From: a virus
Strand: one strand, 5' to 3'
IMG/VR virus record: IMGVR_UViG_3300028584_000118
Location: 6,648-70,647 of that record
Length of the DNA stretch: 64,000 bases
Position 1 is the first letter of the stretch; each line of letters begins with the position of its first letter. The position numbers and the translations under genes are program-made. This document shows positions 39,378 to 47,708 of the stretch, one piece after another. The notes under the pieces are model-generated. The model was not told the DNA's origin and ran no database searches. It saw nothing but the letters and a program-made list of their open reading frames with translations.

Positions 39378-39637
39378 ATACTAAAGGACCTATCTACATT
39401 ATATTTCTTGAAGATGGTACTCATAGAGTACTTACTAAAATGGAGTGGATTAGAGAAGCTAAACCAGAAAGAGAAAGAGTAGTTTTAGTCTATAACAGTG
39501 AAACTAGTTTTTATGGATCTCATTGGGTTTATTCAGATAAAGGTAAAACTAATTACGAAGATATAGATAAGAAAACTAAACACTTAGTAACTGAAGCCAT
39601 GAAAACAACTGTACTTTTATATGGGTATGAACCATGA
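39374..39637 (+). CDS. Array paralogue 6/17
   Basis: Tail VTEAMKTTVLLYGYEP. Confidence 0.75.
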   Translation: MNTKGPIYIIFLEDGTHRVLTKMEWIREAKPERERVVLVYNSETSFYGSHWVYSDKGKTNYEDIDKKTKHLVTEAMKTTVLLYGYEP

Positions 39638-39885
39638 GTAATTCTAATGAATTTGTATTCTATGTATTCCAGCCTAACGGTGATCACTTTACTAGTAATA
39701 ATGCAGAAGAGGTTTTAACTAAAAGTGTGGATAATACTTACGCAGTATATATGCATGAAAATGGCGATGCTCAATGGAATATTAGAAATGCAAAGGGATT
39801 AATAAACCCTGAGCTATTTACACCTATACCAACAAACTTAGTACCTAAGAGTATTCAAACTAAGTTTCTACTTTTAAGGATATAA
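39634..39885 (+). CDS. Array paralogue 7/17
   Basis: Tail LVPKSIQTKFLLLRI. Confidence 0.75.
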   Translation: MSNSNEFVFYVFQPNGDHFTSNNAEEVLTKSVDNTYAVYMHENGDAQWNIRNAKGLINPELFTPIPTNLVPKSIQTKFLLLRI

Positions 39886-39887
39886 GC

Positions 39888-40157
39888 ATGGAACCAAAAT
39901 ACTATGTAGTGAGTGTCAAAACAGGAGAAATAAAGGAATCTCATTTAGGTGAAATATACATAGATGGTTTTGTTTTACAAGGTGAATACGTATGTCAAGT
40001 AGCCGGAAATAAAGACTACTGTAGAACATACATAAGAACAGATGTTGAAATGAATAAAATCATAAATAATGCAGGTCAGATTATTTATCCATACGAAGAA
40101 GAACATCCAGCACAAATCCCAGATAAATTAAAAACACTCTTACTTCTTATAGGGTAA
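39888..40157 (+). CDS. Array paralogue 8/17
   Basis: Tail QIPDKLKTLLLLIG. Confidence 0.8.
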   Translation: MEPKYYVVSVKTGEIKESHLGEIYIDGFVLQGEYVCQVAGNKDYCRTYIRTDVEMNKIINNAGQIIYPYEEEHPAQIPDKLKTLLLLIG

Positions 40158-40161
40158 ACCA

Positions 40162-40419
40162 ATGGCTAATAAGTATAGATACGTTGTATGGAATCCAAAT
40201 GGAACCATTATAGAAACTGATGACGCTTTTAGAGTATTAGAGAAACCTGTATTAGGTTCTTATTGTATGACTCAGCATATTGACTCCACTGATTTATCTT
40301 ATTACTGCACTTGGTTTGTATATGAGAATAATCCTTTTCCTAGATTCAATCCTGTTGATATCTATAAGGTTCCTGCATTGATTAAAACCACTTTCCTTTT
40401 GAAAGGTATAAACATATGA
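40162..40419 (+). CDS. Array paralogue 9/17
   Basis: Tail KVPALIKTTFLLKGINI. Confidence 0.8.
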   Translation: MANKYRYVVWNPNGTIIETDDAFRVLEKPVLGSYCMTQHIDSTDLSYYCTWFVYENNPFPRFNPVDIYKVPALIKTTFLLKGINI

Positions 40420-40709
40420 ACATAAACACGAGTTTAAATGCTCTTATGCATTCTTTAAGTAGCCAACTTAATTCACATGATTCTCTTATTTATGTATGGA
40501 AAAATAATGAGATTAATCTTCTCGAAGATTTGATAGCCAAGGAAGGATTTCCTGATGATTGTTATGTAGTGGATACACGATTTGATACTTCAAAACCAGA
40601 TAGTCGTTATGGTATGTGGAAAAGCACAACCGACAAATGGGAATCGAAAGATCTGGGTGAATTTCCTACTGAATTCAGAACAGCTTTATTACTTATAGGA
40701 ATTAATTAA
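40416..40709 (+). CDS. Array paralogue 10/17
   Basis: Tail EFPTEFRTALLLIGIN. Confidence 0.8.
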   Translation: MNINTSLNALMHSLSSQLNSHDSLIYVWKNNEINLLEDLIAKEGFPDDCYVVDTRFDTSKPDSRYGMWKSTTDKWESKDLGEFPTEFRTALLLIGIN

Positions 40710-40710
40710 A

Positions 40711-40971
40711 ATGGATAAAAATGTCTGCTATGCGTATCAAAAAGATGGTCAATGGGTTTTAGAATTTAAGGATTATGGCTTACTAGTTGAAGAAAGAGAC
40801 ATGCCTAAGAAGTGTTTTAAACTTTTTAGTAATATCAAGTCTTATAAAGGCTGTGTGTACTACAAAAGAAATACTAAGTTTAAGGTTAGTAATCTTTATC
40901 TTCCTAAAGAGTTACTTACTCTTTTAATGTTAAATAACTTCATTTTAGCTACTAGAGAAAGAGGGCCTTAA
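40711..40971 (+). CDS. Array paralogue 11/17
   Basis: Tail LPKELLTLLMLNNF plus extension. Confidence 0.75.
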   Translation: MDKNVCYAYQKDGQWVLEFKDYGLLVEERDMPKKCFKLFSNIKSYKGCVYYKRNTKFKVSNLYLPKELLTLLMLNNFILATRERGP

Positions 40972-40972
40972 T

Positions 40973-41275
40973 ATGGATACTAATGCAAGGTTTTGTTATG
41001 TTCATCCCGATGTAGACCAAGATCCTGATAAACCAATAAAGTATGTTTATACATTTAGTGACGAAGTAATAATAGATGTACAATTTCCTCCATGTACATT
41101 TAGATTTTTAACTAAAGATATATTATTAGGTTCAGGAAATATTTTATATATTCGTCCGAGTACAAAAACTTTTTCTTACCTAACTAAAGATACTCCAATA
41201 CCTAAAGAAATACTTACTCAGTTACTTCTTTATGGTTTTAACGCTTCTATGGGACTTCATGACAATGGGCAATAA
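40973..41275 (+). CDS. Array paralogue 12/17
   Basis: Tail IPKEILTQLLLYGF plus extension. Confidence 0.75.
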   Translation: MDTNARFCYVHPDVDQDPDKPIKYVYTFSDEVIIDVQFPPCTFRFLTKDILLGSGNILYIRPSTKTFSYLTKDTPIPKEILTQLLLYGFNASMGLHDNGQ

Positions 41276-41564
41276 TCAAACCAATATTATGGAGTCTTAT
41301 AAGGAGTCTTGGGATACGATCGTATTCCTCCCTAACCAAGAACCTCAGTTAATAATGTGGGATCACCTGCATACCATACATATTAATGAAGGCTATACAG
41401 GATTTGTTTATGCCTATTATCCTGAAGATGCTCGCTCTCCTTGGACATCATTAACTGTTGAGCAAATTAGATCAGAGGATTCTACTTCTGGTTTTCAACT
41501 ATGTTACGCAGAGGATATTAATCCTATATTCAAAACTCAATTACTTTTACTAGGAGTCACTTAA
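41232..41564 (+). CDS. Array paralogue 13/17 (true start probably 41259-41289)
   Basis: Tail INPIFKTQLLLLGVT. Confidence 0.75.
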   Translation: MVLTLLWDFMTMGNNQTNIMESYKESWDTIVFLPNQEPQLIMWDHLHTIHINEGYTGFVYAYYPEDARSPWTSLTVEQIRSEDSTSGFQLCYAEDINPIFKTQLLLLGVT

Positions 41565-41565
41565 T

Positions 41566-41826
41566 ATGTATGACTCAGCTAATGCAGATAAAATTTACTT
41601 CTGGGTAAATGAAGAAGTAGTGAAGGTAGCTATTGATGAGAATGATGAAACAATCACAGGAGGAGAATACAGTGAGTGTCCTTATATTGATTGTAGATTT
41701 TCAGAAGATGATGTTAGAAGATATGGTATGTGGGATTGTAAAGCTAACCCATCTTGGGTTGACATACCTAAGAATAAATTACCTACTAAATTCTTAGCCT
41801 CTCTACTTCTTATGGGGATTAACTAA
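41566..41826 (+). CDS. Array paralogue 14/17
   Basis: Tail LPTKFLASLLLMGIN; shares RYGMW with paralogue 10. Confidence 0.8.
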   Translation: MYDSANADKIYFWVNEEVVKVAIDENDETITGGEYSECPYIDCRFSEDDVRRYGMWDCKANPSWVDIPKNKLPTKFLASLLLMGIN

Positions 41827-41827
41827 C

Positions 41828-42064
41828 ATGGACTTATATCACTTATATGGTAAGAACATAGAAGAACTAGAAGTTGTAATAAGAGAGGACGGTACAGTAA
41901 ATTTTCAAGATTTAGTAATAGAAGATTCTTACCTAATAATCAAATATCTTGGAAGTGGTTTTAGTTACTATTACGCAGGTAAATCAGGAGTTTGGCTTAA
42001 TGTAGAAAAAGAAGCTTTTACTAATGAAGCTAAAACACTCTTACTTTTAAATGGGCTTTACTAA
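41828..42064 (+). CDS. Array paralogue 15/17
   Basis: Tail FTNEAKTLLLLNGLY. Confidence 0.75.
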   Translation: MDLYHLYGKNIEELEVVIREDGTVNFQDLVIEDSYLIIKYLGSGFSYYYAGKSGVWLNVEKEAFTNEAKTLLLLNGLY

Positions 42065-42285
42065 TGAATCCATCCTATAAACGCTATACCTACTTCAAAC
42101 CAAATGGTAAGGAAGTAAAAACTAATGTATGGTTCTTTCCTACTGTCATGCCTAAGTTCACTTTAGTAAAAGAGAGTGGCTACATACTCTCAAATCATAG
42201 AGGTACTACATGGGCTGAGATTGAACCACATGAGCAACACTTATTCCCAGCTAGAATTTTAACCTTGGCTTTACTTCTTAAATAA
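42064..42285 (+). CDS. Array paralogue 16/17
   Basis: Tail FPARILTLALLLK. Confidence 0.75.
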   Translation: MNPSYKRYTYFKPNGKEVKTNVWFFPTVMPKFTLVKESGYILSNHRGTTWAEIEPHEQHLFPARILTLALLLK

Positions 42286-42294
42286 GGAAGCAAC

Positions 42295-42591
42295 ATGAAT
42301 GAATTTTTTCAGAGTATTCAAGATCAACAAAAAGAGACTATGTATCCTTTTGCTTTGATCAATGACAAAGGATTAATTGTAAGTAACTTAGTGATGCCGG
42401 CATCTACATTACCTTTGGGTTATGTAAGCTATAAACGTCATGACAATACATTGTTCATTGTCAAAGATCGTAAAGGCTTTCACTACTGGGAATCTATTCT
42501 TCCAAGTGAGTTTACTGATCCACGTTTCAAAACAGCATTCTTAATTCTCGGTGTTCAATTTGATGAAGTCAAAGAAGAACCAGAAGAATAA
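42295..42591 (+). CDS. Array paralogue 17/17
   Basis: Tail DPRFKTAFLILGVQF plus acidic end DEVKEEPEE. Confidence 0.75.
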   Translation: MNEFFQSIQDQQKETMYPFALINDKGLIVSNLVMPASTLPLGYVSYKRHDNTLFIVKDRKGFHYWESILPSEFTDPRFKTAFLILGVQFDEVKEEPEE

Positions 42592-42645
42592 ATAAAGTAG
42601 TTTAATAAATCTCCATTAATCCATTTAAATATATAGGCAAATATC

Positions 42646-43908
42646 ATGACAATGCAATTATTCACTGGCTTCGAATACTTAATGATCGACGTAGCAAACC
42701 AATTCGGTAAAGACAAATTAGTATTCAACGATCGTATTGATTGGGTTAAAGAAAACTGGGATCATTTAGAAGCTCTCACAAGCGATTCAGATCCAAAGAC
42801 ACGTCCTTTGTATATCAAAGCTGTTATGGCTTTACGTAAGGCTCAACAAGGTGTTCCTACAGGCCATTTAGTTGGTTTCGATTCTGTATGTTCTGGGATT
42901 CAAATCATGTCTGCAGCTACCGGCTGCTTCTCTGGTGCTATGGCAACAGGGTTAGTTAACCCTAATGTACGTGCAGATGCATATACAGAATTAACTACAG
43001 TCATGAATACAATCCTAGCTGATCAGAACCTAGCTGTTCATGTAACTCGTGCATCAGCTAAAGAAGCTTTCATGACTAGCTCATACGGTTCTAAGGCCAA
43101 ACCAATAGAAATATTTGGTGAAGATACTCCTGAGTTGTTTGCATTCTATAAAGCTGCAGAAACTGTAGCTCCAGGTGCATGGGAGCTCTTGAATGACTCA
43201 TTGAACACATGGCAACCATATGCGTTATTCCATGAATGGATGCTTCCTGATGGCTTCCTAGCTCGTGTAAAGGTAATGAAAAAGAAGGAATTACGTATTG
43301 AAGTTGATGAGCTTGATCATGCTACTTTCACTTACCAATATTATGATAATGAAGGTAAGGAGACTGGCTTGAGTAATGTAGCTAATGTGGTTCATTCCAT
43401 TGATGCTTACGTATTACGTTCTATGCATCGTCGTTGTAATTATGATGTAGGAATGGTTACTAGAGCTCTTACATTCATAAACCAAAAATTAGATTATCGT
43501 AATGGAGCTGAGTTGGATTTGGTTAATCCGGATACCTCTTCTAAGCTTGCATCACAAGTAATCTATTACAAAACCAGTGGTATAACTGATCCAGTAGTAT
43601 TTCCCTATATTACTTCAAGTAATACTACTTACATGCCTTCATCTATGCTTATAGATTTACAGCGTATTGCATTGATGATGCTTGACCATAAACCATTTGA
43701 ACTGGTTACTGTTCATGATGAGTTTAAATGCCATGCAAATAACATGAACCATGTACGTAAACACTATGTAGAAATATTAGCTCAGATTGCTGATAGTAAT
43801 ATCCTCTCAGATATTATGTCTCAATTACATGGCAGTAAAGGTACATATACTAAGTTGTCTAACAATTTAAGTTCTTACATAAGAGAGTCAAACTATGCAT
43901 TGTCCTGA
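42646..43908 (+). CDS. RNA polymerase II subunit 2 (N4 gp16-like)
   Basis: GFDSVCSGIQ (motif A), RASAKEAFMTSSYGS (B), ANVVHSIDA, TVHDEF (C); ends YALS. Confidence 0.95.
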   Translation: MTMQLFTGFEYLMIDVANQFGKDKLVFNDRIDWVKENWDHLEALTSDSDPKTRPLYIKAVMALRKAQQGVPTGHLVGFDSVCSGIQIMSAATGCFSGAMATGLVNPNVRADAYTELTTVMNTILADQNLAVHVTRASAKEAFMTSSYGSKAKPIEIFGEDTPELFAFYKAAETVAPGAWELLNDSLNTWQPYALFHEWMLPDGFLARVKVMKKKELRIEVDELDHATFTYQYYDNEGKETGLSNVANVVHSIDAYVLRSMHRRCNYDVGMVTRALTFINQKLDYRNGAELDLVNPDTSSKLASQVIYYKTSGITDPVVFPYITSSNTTYMPSSMLIDLQRIALMMLDHKPFELVTVHDEFKCHANNMNHVRKHYVEILAQIADSNILSDIMSQLHGSKGTYTKLSNNLSSYIRESNYALS

Positions 43909-44182
43909 AGAGAAAGATAAAGTTAATAAACTTCTAGAGAGTAGAAAAGGAATGACATTCCATAATATGCTCACACCTCCTTTACAATTACTCTGGTCTG
44001 TTAATAAGTGTGCTTGCTGTAGTAAATTAGATTCAAAATTTAACTGGGTAGCTATCATGACAAATCCAGAAAACACTCAGTATAAGATAGAGTGTTCTTA
44101 CTGTTATTTACATACAGGGGTTTATTCAAATATAGAGGAAACTGTTAGTGTTTGGAATACTAATATGCTTTTAATGTCATGA
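43895..44182 (+). CDS. Lar (restriction alleviation)-like Zn-ribbon protein
   Basis: CACC...Y.IECSYC...EETVSVWN matches the Lar-family CxxC...CxxC...A..WN layout. Confidence 0.55.
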   Translation: MHCPEEKDKVNKLLESRKGMTFHNMLTPPLQLLWSVNKCACCSKLDSKFNWVAIMTNPENTQYKIECSYCYLHTGVYSNIEETVSVWNTNMLLMS

Positions 44183-44433
44183 TTACCAAATACAGCCAAA
44201 CTATTTATGATAGTACTCTTTCAAATTACTTGTTTACGATGAATATTGATCCAGCATCAATGACTTGTAATTGTAAGAGACCTACTATAGTGACTTCTCA
44301 ACATTACAGTATAAAAGATGATCAAATGCAATATGGCATTAGATGTATGAAATGTAAAAAAGACGTACCACACTTAGATAATTTGTTGGGTGCTATTAAT
44401 CTCTGGAAGACTATAGTTTTATTATCTTCTTAA
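44179..44433 (+). CDS. Second Lar-like Zn-ribbon protein
   Basis: CNC...YGIRCMKC...GAINLWK; ATGA overlap with previous gene. Confidence 0.5.
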   Translation: MITKYSQTIYDSTLSNYLFTMNIDPASMTCNCKRPTIVTSQHYSIKDDQMQYGIRCMKCKKDVPHLDNLLGAINLWKTIVLLSS

Positions 44434-44443
44434 TTTTCTCATT

Positions 44444-44468
44444 GCGGCATCCTGCCGCTTTGATGAAG
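44444..44468 (+). promoter_or_regulatory. Candidate hairpin promoter (TCC loop)
   Basis: GCGGCA-TCC-TGCCGC-TTT-GATGAAG; loop followed by 9 nt then G, the spacing of N4 early promoters. Confidence 0.55.
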
Positions 44469-44472
44469 TCCT

Positions 44473-44510
44473 AGTGAGTATATCCATTCGGGTATACTCA
44501 CTTTTTTTTT
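44473..44510 (+). terminator. Rho-independent terminator
   Basis: AGTGAGTATATCC-ATTC-GGGTATACTCACT followed by T-run. Confidence 0.9.
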
Positions 44511-44535
44511 AAATAACCATTGAGGTAAACACGAA

Positions 44536-45126
44536 ATGAGTAACAAACCAAATAAAGGTTCAGAAGATTTTGCTAAATTCTTAGCAGCTAAATTCGGTAT
44601 TAAAGTACCTGAAGGTGTTCAAGTAGAAGTTCATGCTATGAAGATGCCGGGCTGTGGTACTCCTGATTGTCCTTGCAAATCAGAAGAAGGTAAGAAAGCC
44701 AATTCTACTAACAAAGCAGAGACATTGGATGCGCTCCAAAAGATTACAGAACTATTTCAACAATTACGTACCGGTACTGGCTTAGATAAAGCTGAAGCAA
44801 CTGAGTCAACTGAATCAGCTACAGAAGAAGCTGTACAAGATGATTCTAATTCAATGCGTCAGATCTTCTTGCCAAATGCATCACATATTCATCCTATGGC
44901 AGCACAGTTCTCTGCTAAAGAAGCTGTATTGATTTTTGATATTGCTGAACGCTTGGCTGAAGAAGAAGCTGAGAAAAATGCAGCTAACGGTATTGATCAA
45001 GATGACCTTTCATCAGAAGAATTATCCTTCCATTTGTTGAATACAATGTTCCATGCAGTCGACACCATTCGTCGTGCACAAGGGCATGTAACTATCAAAT
45101 CTGATCCTAATACAGAATCAGAGTAA
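44536..45126 (+). CDS. Hypothetical protein with CxxxxCxC motif
   Basis: GAGGT RBS; typical phage codon usage. Confidence 0.7.
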   Translation: MSNKPNKGSEDFAKFLAAKFGIKVPEGVQVEVHAMKMPGCGTPDCPCKSEEGKKANSTNKAETLDALQKITELFQQLRTGTGLDKAEATESTESATEEAVQDDSNSMRQIFLPNASHIHPMAAQFSAKEAVLIFDIAERLAEEEAEKNAANGIDQDDLSSEELSFHLLNTMFHAVDTIRRAQGHVTIKSDPNTESE

Positions 45127-45153
45127 TTTTTTATAAGTAGATAGTTGTCAAGA

Positions 45154-45184
45154 AGTTATCACTGTAGTTGTTACAGTGATAACT
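45154..45184. repeat. Perfect 13-bp inverted repeat
   Basis: AGTTATCACTGTA-GTTGT-TACAGTGATAACT; intergenic; no U-tract. Confidence 0.7.
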
Positions 45185-45282
45185 ACGATATTCTAACCTG
45201 TTCCAAATCACATTTTTGACTCTGTGAAGCCGATACACTAACCCTGTTTTAGTATACTTTTATTAATAAAAGGAGACATTCC

Positions 45283-45642
45283 ATGACAAGTCAAACCCGT
45301 TTAACGGCTCTACAACGTAAAAACATTGTTTACCAATACCAATCAAAGCAATTCAATATTCGACAGCTCTCAGGCATGTATGGAGTGTCCCAAAGAACTA
45401 TTGGAAGGGTTATTGTAGCTGCCGGCCTATCTTTACCAGTTGAACGTTTACAAGGTGAAGCCAAGCTAGTAATGGAAATACTTCATAAGCATAAAGTTAC
45501 TTCATTGATACTTAACAAGCTTTTAACTAATCATGCTAAGCAGTATTTACCTACCAACCTATTACCAATATCTAATAAGGCTCAGATGCCTTTGGGATTA
45601 AAAGAAGAAGAACAACCCAATGATAAACACAACTCCGGATAA
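45283..45642 (+). CDS. Helix-turn-helix protein
   Basis: IRQLSGMYGVSQRTIGRVI HTH pattern. Confidence 0.7.
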   Translation: MTSQTRLTALQRKNIVYQYQSKQFNIRQLSGMYGVSQRTIGRVIVAAGLSLPVERLQGEAKLVMEILHKHKVTSLILNKLLTNHAKQYLPTNLLPISNKAQMPLGLKEEEQPNDKHNSG

Positions 45643-45820
45643 CCCAGTAAATCAGTCAGCCCTCCGTGCTGTTCCTATGACGTTATTTCCTACTTTAGAC
45701 AGCTTAGATGCTGTGATGGAAATGGCTATTTCAAAAACACCTGTAGTTAGTAAGAATGAGATGAGAATCATCTTAATGACTTATCACAACACGCTTCTAA
45801 ACCAAATTAATAAACCTTAA
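45620..45820 (+). CDS. Conserved small hypothetical protein
   Basis: LFPT..SL..V...A.S..P...KNE...ILMTYHNTLL pattern familiar from N4-like phages. Confidence 0.65.
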   Translation: MINTTPDNPVNQSALRAVPMTLFPTLDSLDAVMEMAISKTPVVSKNEMRIILMTYHNTLLNQINKP

Positions 45821-45918
45821 TCTTTTATAGGATCAATCATTGCAACTCTTAAAAAAACAATCTGCAGCAGATGTACCTGCTATGTCTGTAAATCTGAATA
45901 CATCTATTCGTAGTATGT

Positions 45919-46482
45919 ATGGGTAATCAGCTTGTTGTAGTGTTTGTTGATGAATTTGATAAATTGTTTATTAGTGGTAACACCAACAGCTCATTGGCTC
46001 ATGAAACAACTAATGGAGTTCAGAATGAATTCCTCAAAGTGTTAGAAGGCTTTGCATCTGTTTATGGTGAGTACGATAAGTACATCAACATTCGTACTGA
46101 GAACTGTTTATTCGTATTTGCAGGCGCATTCAATGGTGAAGAAAACATTGATATAGATCGTTTACGTGAATTCGGTATGAAGACAGAATTCCTTGGTCGT
46201 GTTGGTTTGGCTTATGGCTTAGAAAAACAATCATTGGAAACAATGAAAGAAATTCTTGAAGACAGTAAATTATTAAGCATGTATTTGGAATTACATCCTG
46301 ATACCAAAAAAACAGATGTAACCAAAGCAGTCATGAAAGTGCTTACTGAAGCATTTGAACAAAATACTATTGGTGTTCGTATGATCAATAATTTAATACA
46401 TCAATATTTTATTGAGGGCGGCATTAAAGAAAAAGAAGCCAAGAAAATAATATTCAACAAAAAGTTAGCTATTGCAGCTTAA
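45919..46482 (+). CDS. ClpX-like AAA+ ATPase fragment lacking Walker A (truncated gene or pseudogene)
   Basis: VVFVDEFDK, GVQNEFLKVLEG, CLFVFAGAF, EFLGRV, IGVRMI are ClpX/HslU motifs; in-frame TGA at 45895; no GxxGxGK upstream in any frame. Confidence 0.7.
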   Translation: MGNQLVVVFVDEFDKLFISGNTNSSLAHETTNGVQNEFLKVLEGFASVYGEYDKYINIRTENCLFVFAGAFNGEENIDIDRLREFGMKTEFLGRVGLAYGLEKQSLETMKEILEDSKLLSMYLELHPDTKKTDVTKAVMKVLTEAFEQNTIGVRMINNLIHQYFIEGGIKEKEAKKIIFNKKLAIAA

Positions 46483-46550
46483 GTAGTAAACCAAAATCAG
46501 TTATCTCAATTTAAATTCAATTTCAATCTATCCCTTTTAAGGAAAATAAA

Positions 46551-47672
46551 ATGCAAGTTAAAATCTCTCAAGCAATTCGTATGACATCTGCTTACCTCAA
46601 AGCTAACTTGGTTCCAATGATCATTGGTAGCCCAGCAATCGGTAAGTCTTCTATTGTGCATCAGCTAGCAAATGACAATAACCTCAAGGTTATTGATTTA
46701 CGTTTGGCTCAGTGTGATCCAACAGATTTGGGTGGTTTCCCATCTACTTATACCGATGCAAACGGTAACAAGCGTGCTGGTTACATTCCAATGGATACAT
46801 TCCCTATCCGTGGTGATTCTTTGCCTATAAAAACAAAGTCTAAACCAGGCTATGCTAAAGGTGATACATTGCCTGATGGTACAACTGCACAGCAAGATAT
46901 TGCACCAGTTCCAGCAGAGTATTACAACGGCTGGATGTTGTTCTTGGATGAAGCTAACTCATGTGCACAAGCTGTACAAGCAGCAGCTTACAAGATCATT
47001 CTTGACCGTATGGTAGGTCAAACGCATTTGCATGACAAAGTGTTTATCGTTGCAGCAGGTAATCTGGAAACAGATAATGCAATCGTTAATGAACTGAGCT
47101 CTGCATTGAAGTCTCGTTTGGTTCATATGGAATTGAAAGTCGATTTGGATGAATTCCTGGAATATGCATTTGCAAAAGGTTTCAGTCCTCTGATTACTTC
47201 GTACTTGCGTTTCAAATCAGAACACATCTACAACTTTGATCCAGATTCCAAAGATAGTACATATGCTTCTCCACGTACTTGGGAATTTGCAAACCGTGCA
47301 TTACAGCATATGGACATCACAGGTATTGATGCCATCGGTATTATGCAAGGTATCTTAGGTACAGGTGTTGGTACTGAGTTTACTCAGTTCTGTCGTATGT
47401 CTGCAGACTCATTGCCTAAGATGAGTGATATCATTGCTTTCCCTGATACAACCCCAATCCCACAAGAGATCAGTACTATCTGGTCTTTGATTGGTGCAAT
47501 CAGCCAAGCAGCTACTCCACAAACAATCACACCATTGGTTACTTATGTAAGTTGTTTACCGATCGAACATCAAGTGATTTGTTTACGTGACATGATTCGT
47601 CGTCACAACGCATTGATGGTTGAACCAGCAATTCAAAATTGGGTTAATACAAACAGCACATTGTTGTTCTAA
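46551..47672 (+). CDS. MoxR-like AAA ATPase (N4 gp24-like)
   Basis: GSPAIGKS; LFLDE; AAGN; ALKSR; ASPRTWE. Confidence 0.9.
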   Translation: MQVKISQAIRMTSAYLKANLVPMIIGSPAIGKSSIVHQLANDNNLKVIDLRLAQCDPTDLGGFPSTYTDANGNKRAGYIPMDTFPIRGDSLPIKTKSKPGYAKGDTLPDGTTAQQDIAPVPAEYYNGWMLFLDEANSCAQAVQAAAYKIILDRMVGQTHLHDKVFIVAAGNLETDNAIVNELSSALKSRLVHMELKVDLDEFLEYAFAKGFSPLITSYLRFKSEHIYNFDPDSKDSTYASPRTWEFANRALQHMDITGIDAIGIMQGILGTGVGTEFTQFCRMSADSLPKMSDIIAFPDTTPIPQEISTIWSLIGAISQAATPQTITPLVTYVSCLPIEHQVICLRDMIRRHNALMVEPAIQNWVNTNSTLLF

Positions 47673-47708
47673 TTAATCTCCTTTCATGAATTAACTTATA
47701 GGGGCTTT

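Larger units (their letters stand above)
37987..42591 (+). repeat. Tandem array of 17 diverged small genes with a recurring ~45-nt 3' motif
   Basis: Recurring CCTA(A/C)(A/T)GA(A/G)TT(T/C)A(A/G)AAC...TTA(C/T)T...GG at gene ends, about every 250-300 nt. Confidence 0.85.

Noticed and set aside
37987-42591. Array as CRISPR, integron or diversity-generating retroelement
   Set aside because: The repeats are degenerate and lie inside coding ends. There are no identical repeats with spacers, no attC palindromes, and no integrase or reverse transcriptase in the window. The Cas4-like gene at 1477 is a standard N4-like replication gene.
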